Shown: positions 59,760 to 64,000 of the stretch, piece after piece
How positions within the stretch are numbered: the first letter of the stretch is position 1
Layout: each line of letters starts with the position of its first letter
Assembly (NCBI RefSeq): GCF_009834535.1
Contig: NC_045720.1
Coordinates: forward strand, 3,596,001-3,660,000
DNA: 64,000 bases
Reading direction: 5' to 3'
From: Camelus ferus
Lineage: Eukaryota
Notes under the pieces: generated by a model
The model's input: only the letters and a program-made list of their open reading frames with translations
What the model was told of the DNA's origin: nothing
Database searches by the model: none
Made by a program: the position numbers and the translations under genes

Positions 59760-60120
59760 TGCCCACCTCTACCCTCCAAAAAGAACTACGGAACAAAAAT
59801 CAGAAGTGCTGGACAACTTTACATCGTGCTGGAGAAGTTTTTGAATAAGTTGTCAATATTTAAACTTCAGGAGATTCTTCATTAAAAAAAAAGAAAGCAG
59901 AATTTCTGACTTCCCTAGAAACACCAGGTTTGCATCACCGCACTCTGATTTCTCAGTGACATCAAGCAGCCTGCTGGAGCTGAGGAGCAGGTCTGCTTTA
60001 GTTGAGACCAAGTGCTCACCAGTTATCCACAGTCCCCACCCCTCCCTATTGTATTACACCAAGCTCCTTGACTGGTTTTTATGACCAGCTTTGCCCTTTT
60101 AGGGCACCTCTGGACTAGAT
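59760..60120. mobile_element. MER103C-like hAT-Charlie relic
   Basis: gctggagctgaggagcag...ccagttatccacagtccccacccctccctattgtattacacc follows the recalled MER103C consensus. Confidence 0.65.
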
Positions 60121-60319
60121 GATCTGGGCTATGTCGTCTTTCTTTCCAGTGAAGTCATTCCACGTGGGCAGAGAGGAGTCTGGAAGCAGGGATCCGGGAC
60201 ATCACAGGGGGAATAAAGCGGGTGGGTGAGAGCGTGGGGCAAGGAAGGCTCGGAGCTCGCTGGATAAGGCTGTCAGGGAGTGAGGGGCTGTCATGAGGAT
60301 GATTTACTTTCTGAGTCCC

Positions 60320-60780
60320 TCTCTTAGGTGGGTTTCCAGAAGCTGAGTCAGAGATGAGGACTCTGGTGTAGGTGATTGATCCCTGGAGCGCTCAGAGGAA
60401 AGACCCACGGGAAGTGAGGTTGCAGAATAGGGGGCGACAAAGCTCAGGCGGTCCAGCTGACGTCTGTCCTAGTCTGATCCCAGGGGTGGGGGCAGCTCTG
60501 AAGCGTGCCTGGCGGTAGAGAGCTGTCCCAGTCACGGCAAAGGGGCGCGTGTCCGAACGGCCATGTCCAGTGAGTCACCAGCCCTGGGCCACCCACGCCC
60601 CGGGTGGCGGCACGACCTCTCAGCCATTTCCAAGACAGGCAGCTCCTATCAACCAAAGACACCCCCTACGAAGGGAAGGGTGCTCTCAGCAGCCGGGGTT
60701 GGGGGGCGGCCGCTCTGTAAAGGGGGGCAGAGAGTGGAGAGCAACTGCCTCTACTTCAGTCTCCTGGTAGAACCAGGGCC
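60320..60780 (-). mobile_element. MLT1I/J/K-type MaLR LTR relic
   Basis: aggtgggtttccagaagctgagtcagagatgaggactctggtgtaggtgattg...ctgatcccaggggtgggggcagctctgaagcg...gagctgtcccagtcacggcaaagggg. Confidence 0.6.
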
Positions 60781-61978
60781 AGCGTCTCGCATTTCCTAGC
60801 AACGCACATTAGCTCAGAAGATAAGAAATTTAAAAGGGGAGTTGTGGGTGATGGAAGGGACAGCCTCACCAGCTGGTGAGTCCCCTGTCACCAGTGTTCA
60901 AACAGAGGCCACATGGCGACCTGGAGAGCCCCAGGGGAGAGTGAGCCTCATCTCGGAGGCTGTGCCAGGGGTCCTTTTAAAGTTCCTTCCAAAGCAGGCC
61001 CTCTGATTCTGCAGAGAGCTGCCTTCCCCAGTCCTGTCTCCCTCTTCTTTTAACTGAGGCAAGGATGATGCGAAGAAGCAGACCTGGCCGGGCAGTTAGC
61101 TGCGCCAGCCCACAGCTCCGTCCTGCTCAGCCCCACGGCGGTCCCGCAGTCAAGAAGTTGGGACCCACACTTCTCAGATGACGCCACTAAGGGTCAGAGA
61201 GGCCGGGAGTCTTGCCTGGGAGCACACTGTGAACATGCAGAGGGGCCAGAGGCAGAACGGGCTTTGAGTGACAACTGACTCTTCGCCCAGAAAAAGCTAG
61301 TACTTACACAAAAAACAAACAAGGCAGCAAACAGAAGAACACATACGTTCACCAAAGAGAATAAGGACATAACGTGACGGAGAAGGGCCACGAGGGTTGT
61401 CAGAGGTAAAAGGAAAAAACGAAGGTGACCAGACTAAAACAAAACTAAAAACTGTTCCTCCAGTGTTCTAGATGTGGTGGGGGTCCCTGGAACCAGAGGA
61501 CAAACTGACGTCTCTCCCATCGTGGTTTGCCCAGCACCCAGCAGTTTGTTGAACGGAGAAGCAGATGAAGCAGTGGGGAAGTGAGCGAACGCACAGCAGG
61601 GCAGGGCCGTGCCCCAGCTGCTCCACAGCCTGTCTCAGGACATGCATTTCTGGAGCGGTGTTCATGCCATGATATTTAGATTTCAAAGTGATTCCTCTCT
61701 CACAAAGCATAATCTCTAACACAAACTGCTTCCCGAATCCTTCCTGATGCAATGATGCTACCTTGGGAGAGAGAATTTATCTGATACTGCATTTCCCTGA
61801 ACTCAGACTCATTTAATGGCCCTTACAGTGTAGAATTTCTGTTTTGTGGACTTCTGTTCCTTCCTAGACCACGAGCAGAAGCTGAGCAGGCGCGTTCAGT
61901 GATGACCATGAAGTCTGATGTCTTACACTCAGTCCCGGTGATGCAAGAGGAGGGACCTCGGATGCAAATGGATTAGCT

Positions 61979-62195
61979 CAGTGGTTCTCAGTCAGCATGA
62001 CTGTGCGCCCCAGGGGACCCGTGGCAATGCCTGGGGACATTTTTGGTGGTCACAAGTGGAGAGGAGATGCTGCCGGCCTCTAGTGGGTGTAGGCCAGCAA
62101 CGCTGCCCGGCATCCTGCAGAGCAGCTGGCAGCCCGCACAGCCGAGAATTCTCTGGTCCCAATTGTCAACAGTGCTGAGGTTGAGAAGTTAGCTG
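61979..62195. mobile_element. MER20 hAT-Charlie MITE, near full length
   Basis: cagtggttctcag...ccccaggggacccgtggcaatgcctggggacatttttggtggtcacaa...ctagtgggtgtaggccag...tgtcaacagtgctgaggttgagaa is colinear with the MER20 consensus. Confidence 0.9.
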
Positions 62196-62384
62196 AAGAG
62201 GGACCAACGGACTGAATCTGAATCAGAGGCAGAAAAGTCGCTCTGTTGTGAATACTGCTTATGTCTGACCATCGTTGTCTTTCAGTCAACAATATCAGAA
62301 GACAGTTAATTATATACATTTTAAAATTGTCTGTATGCCCAGCACCCTAAGATATCTCTCAGTGTATTTCAAGTAGCGCAGTGG

Positions 62385-62610
62385 AAGTTAAAATAACAAC
62401 TTTGAAATCAGATGGCCCTGGCTTCAAACTATATGGTAACCACGTGGTGACTGCAGGACCTTGGAAAGGTCGCCTGGTCTCTCTAGTCTCAGATGTCCCC
62501 GTTTATGAAACTGTGGTAACTCCCATCTCTGAGGGCAGCCGAGCGATTCAAGCAGAACAGCTCTCATGTAAAGCACCATGCACCTAGTAGGTGTTCAAAC
62601 ATTATTTTCC
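62385..62610 (+). mobile_element. MIR SINE relic, near full length
   Basis: tagcgcagtggaag...actttgaaatcagatggccctggcttcaaac...tgtaaagcaccatgcacctagtaggtgttcaaacatt. Confidence 0.7.
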
Positions 62611-63039
62611 AGTTCCTAGCCACAGGCACACATGGCTTTAGTAGAATTTCCTTCACCATACTGATGCAAATTTTCGGTACCGCTTTATGCTGTGGCAATG
62701 TTTTCAGGGTGAATAGACACCCTTTGCAAACGCTTTGTAGTGTCCCAGCAACTGGACGAGCCCTACTTTACTCAGCAAATCCACCCCCCGTTTATCATAA
62801 TGAACATCACTGGGCGGACCACCTTCCCCACCTGGTGATTCTTTCCGGCCAGTAAAAATCTCTATGAGGGGTGGGGGTTATTGGGGTAAAGGACACCAAT
62901 GTTGTCATGTTCTCGGGAGGTTAAGGACACAACCTTGATAAGGAGCTGGAAGCCAGGGTGAGAAGCACCAAACAGGAGGAAGGACCAGCAATTACCTGGG
63001 CATCTTGAGGAAGAGGGACCGGATCTCACCACGTCTGCG

Positions 63040-63215
63040 ACGCTCTGCTCTGTCAAGTTCAATCAGCTTCACACGGATACAATATTCTAATCTGTCCGTC
63101 ACCCTCATTCCCGTTCTGTAAGTTGACCCAATCATGTCCTTTATGGCAATTTTCCTCTCCAGGACCCAGTCTAGGGTCAGGTATCGCATTTGGCTGTCAG
63201 TTCTTGATTTAACAG
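63040..63215 (-). mobile_element. L1MC4/5-like 3' relic
   Basis: acaatattctaatctgtcc...ccaatcatgtcctttatggcaatttt...ccaggacccagtctagggtca...tcgcatttggctgtca. Confidence 0.65.
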
Positions 63216-64000
63216 ATGAGACAGTAACTTTGCGGTGACCATCTGTCTCCCCTCATATTTTAATAGCCATCTCCATAGCTGTCTGCGGGTCCTGGAGCCA
63301 GCTGCCACTCTGCCCCGCCGCTTGTGGCGGTAATTGTTCCCGCCTCACTTGCGACAGTTGTGCACTGCCACCTGGCCTGTGCCGTTTAGGAACCCTGTTA
63401 TTTGTGTTGTAACGTGCCAGCATCCCCTGCCGTCCTCTCCGTGGAGGGTGGCCACGTCTCCTCGGTGACAGTGGTGCTTCCCTCACCCGTGCGCGTCTTG
63501 CCGCCACTGGGTGAACTGAACTGTCCTCCAGCCCCATTTGCAAACAGAGAGAGCTGGTGAATTTTCCAAACTCACGTCTCATACGTCCTCTCCAGTGTGT
63601 CCGCTTCTGAGCCTTGGGTCCTAATCCCAATGTCTGCCATGACTCATCCATCTCACTTGTGGGCACCAGTTTCTTCCAGAATCCTCAAGCCATCCTGGCC
63701 GTGTGTGGGTCTTTGCGAGTGGAGCTGAATCCTGCGTTGTGAGTATGTCCTACAGCCGTCAGCTCTCTTTAACTGGTCCTCGGTTCCGCCTTCTGTGGGC
63801 TGGCAGCCTCAGCTGCGGGTCCCATGACGCTCTCCCGGGTCCTGCTCAGCACACGCTGGCGGGTCCTGAAGCTCTCTCGGGGCGTAGACTGAGTGTGGCG
63901 GGCCACTCTGTGGTTGTTTCGTTTTGCTCAGGCATTCAGATGCTATCTCTCTAACAGGACATTTGTGACGTTTTCCCCAGGCCTTACAGGAACCCTTCAC

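Noticed and set aside
1-64000. CRISPR arrays, operons, tRNA/rRNA/snRNA genes, processed pseudogenes, NUMTs, ERV internal genes
   Set aside because: None seen. The sequence is mammalian; there is no regular repeat-spacer array, Pol III gene, mitochondrial-like segment or gag/pol/env motif next to the LTRs, and the two complete ERV1 LTRs are TSD-flanked solos.

Overview
This is mammalian genomic DNA, not prokaryotic, and I found no recognisable protein-coding exon, rRNA, tRNA or CRISPR array. About ten short L1 3'-end insertions have the cetartiodactyl-type tail, and I saw no Alu, B1, PRE1, Bov-tA/Bov-A, CHR-2 or SINEC copies. This points to an even-toed ungulate, most likely a camelid (inference). 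The window is mostly intergenic or intronic and rich in repeats: old L1M/L2/MIR relics, MER2/MER20/MER58/MER81/MER103 DNA transposons, MaLR LTRs, and two related ERV1-type solo LTRs with intact TG...CA ends and 4-bp TSDs (5785-6364 +, 36925-37483 -). The one clear gene landmark is a CpG island at about 30.55-31.4 kb with a probable non-coding first exon ending at a GTAAGT donor (30945, + strand). I could not identify the gene. Two N-gaps lie inside repeats. The six-frame ORFs are noise or decayed L1 frames. I see no convincing new biological system. The best leads are modest: a possible LTR-initiated spliced transcript upstream of the island, a TSD-flanked chimeric L1 insertion, an L1 split by an apparent small inversion, and a GC/CpG-shifted L1MC relic. 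Repeat family names come from remembered consensus sequences, not a search. Boundaries of old repeats are approximate and need RepeatMasker/Dfam confirmation.
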